Both the position numbers and the translations under genes were made by a program. DNA of 64,000 nt, from contig MU058636.1 of the NCBI GenBank assembly GCA_013265495.1, forward strand, positions 2,108,001 to 2,172,000. The letters are read 5' to 3'. Positions 63,049-64,000 of this stretch are shown piece by piece. Origin of the DNA: Vicugna vicugna. Taxonomy: Eukaryota. Position 1 is the stretch's first letter; each line of letters starts with the position of its first letter. The notes below the pieces were generated by a model. The model was not told the origin of the DNA, ran no database searches, and worked only from the letters and a program-made list of their open reading frames with translations.

Positions 63049-63327
63049 TAAAATTAAACAAAATTAATAATTCAGTTCTCAATACCCTATTGTCACAGTA
63101 TTTGCATTTCTCATAGTATATACTTCCTTGTTCCTGAGATTTTGCCCATTTTTCTAGAATGTTGACCTTTTTCTTATTGATTTGTAAGCATTCTTATACA
63201 TTAAGGAAATTATTTTGTCTGTGAGATGAATTACAAAAAAATTCCTCCATCTGTCCTTTGTCTTTTGACTTTTTTATGGTGATATGATTTTTTGTAGTTA
63301 AATAAATGGATTTTCTCGTTTAAAAAA

Positions 63328-63458
63328 AAAAATTCAGTTCTCAGTCCCACTAGCCACACTCCAAGTGTTCATTAGGGCATATGCAGCTAGTGGTCAGAGT
63401 ATTGGCCAGCAGAGCTATGGATTGCTTCTATCACAGAAAGTTCTCCTGGACCGTGCCA
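63328..63458. mobile_element. MER3-like hAT remnant (right part; split by two later insertions)
   Basis: aattcagttctcagtcccactagccacac...gctagtgg...tattggccagc...cagaaagttctcctggac. Confidence 0.7.
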
Positions 63459-63578
63459 TTTTCAAAGGTTACTGGCATTCGATAGATGTATTACCCTACT
63501 CTTACTTATAGTAGCAACACCAAGAGGATAAAAGTTTCTTCCCTCTTTGCATTTATTAAGAATATATGATTTCTGAGG

Positions 63579-63665
63579 TGGGGTGGGTATAGCTCAAGTG
63601 GTAGAGTGCATGCTTAGCACACATGAGGTCCTGGGTTCAATCTCCAGGACCTCCGTTTAAAAAAG
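63579..63665 (+). mobile_element. Vic-1-like SINE
   Basis: ggggtgggtatagctcaagtggtagagtgcatgcttagc...gggttcaatc; TSD aatatatgatttct. Confidence 0.88.
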
Positions 63666-63877
63666 AACAAATATATGATTTCTATCAAAACCCAGAAAAT
63701 GTTGCTACAAGTCGTAGCTTTTTTATTTAAATGAACCAATGCCATTTTCTAGAAAATACTTTATGACTGATGAGTTATTAATGTGTCTCTACAGGGCACC
63801 TGTGACACAATTTTTTGTTGCCATTTGTTGTTATTCTATTTTCATAGCAAGAAACGTTGATGAGAAAAAATGAGCTT

Positions 63878-64000
63878 GGGTACAAGGATATATTGTACAA
63901 AGAATATAGCCCAATATTTTATAATAACTTAAGAGTATAATCTATAAAAATTGTGAACCACTCTGTTGTATACCTGAAATCAACATAACATTGTAAATCA
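63878..64000 (+). mobile_element. L1 3' end running off the window edge
   Basis: tacaaggatatattgtac...gttgtatacctgaaatcaacataacattgtaaatca. Confidence 0.7.

Noticed and set aside
63579..63655. tRNA-Ala-like sequences as real tRNA genes (this copy and ~15 others)
   Set aside because: They have A-rich tails, TSDs and scattered mutations or deletions, so they are SINE copies

Overview
Mammalian genomic DNA containing the middle of FLT1 (VEGFR1) on the minus strand. Nine coding exons (7-15; Ig-like domains ~D3-D7) have GT-AG boundaries and a continuous reading frame; exon 16 (transmembrane) and exons 1-6 lie outside the window. Many copies of a tRNA-derived SINE resembling camelid Vic-1 suggest camel/alpaca/llama. 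The window includes the soluble decoy sFLT1-i13 read-through tail, its ~3.6-3.8 kb intronic 3'UTR and its poly(A) signals. The main unannotated signal is in intron 11 (32757-32890). It is homologous to the human FLT1 isoform-4 alternative last exon. The human-position acceptor is GG here, but the next AG 10 nt downstream, together with a 1-nt indel, gives the same reading frame, followed by a stop and ATTAAA: a candidate camelid soluble decoy. Other observations: a frameshifted intron-14 read-through tail, variant sFLT1 poly(A) signals, a recursive-splice-like exon 11 start, candidate endothelial enhancers, a double-CCAAT palindrome and a polyadenylated retrocopy nested in a MER3. I see no wholly new gene or system. 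Human comparisons and exon numbering are from memory and need confirmation by alignment. Repeat boundaries are approximate.
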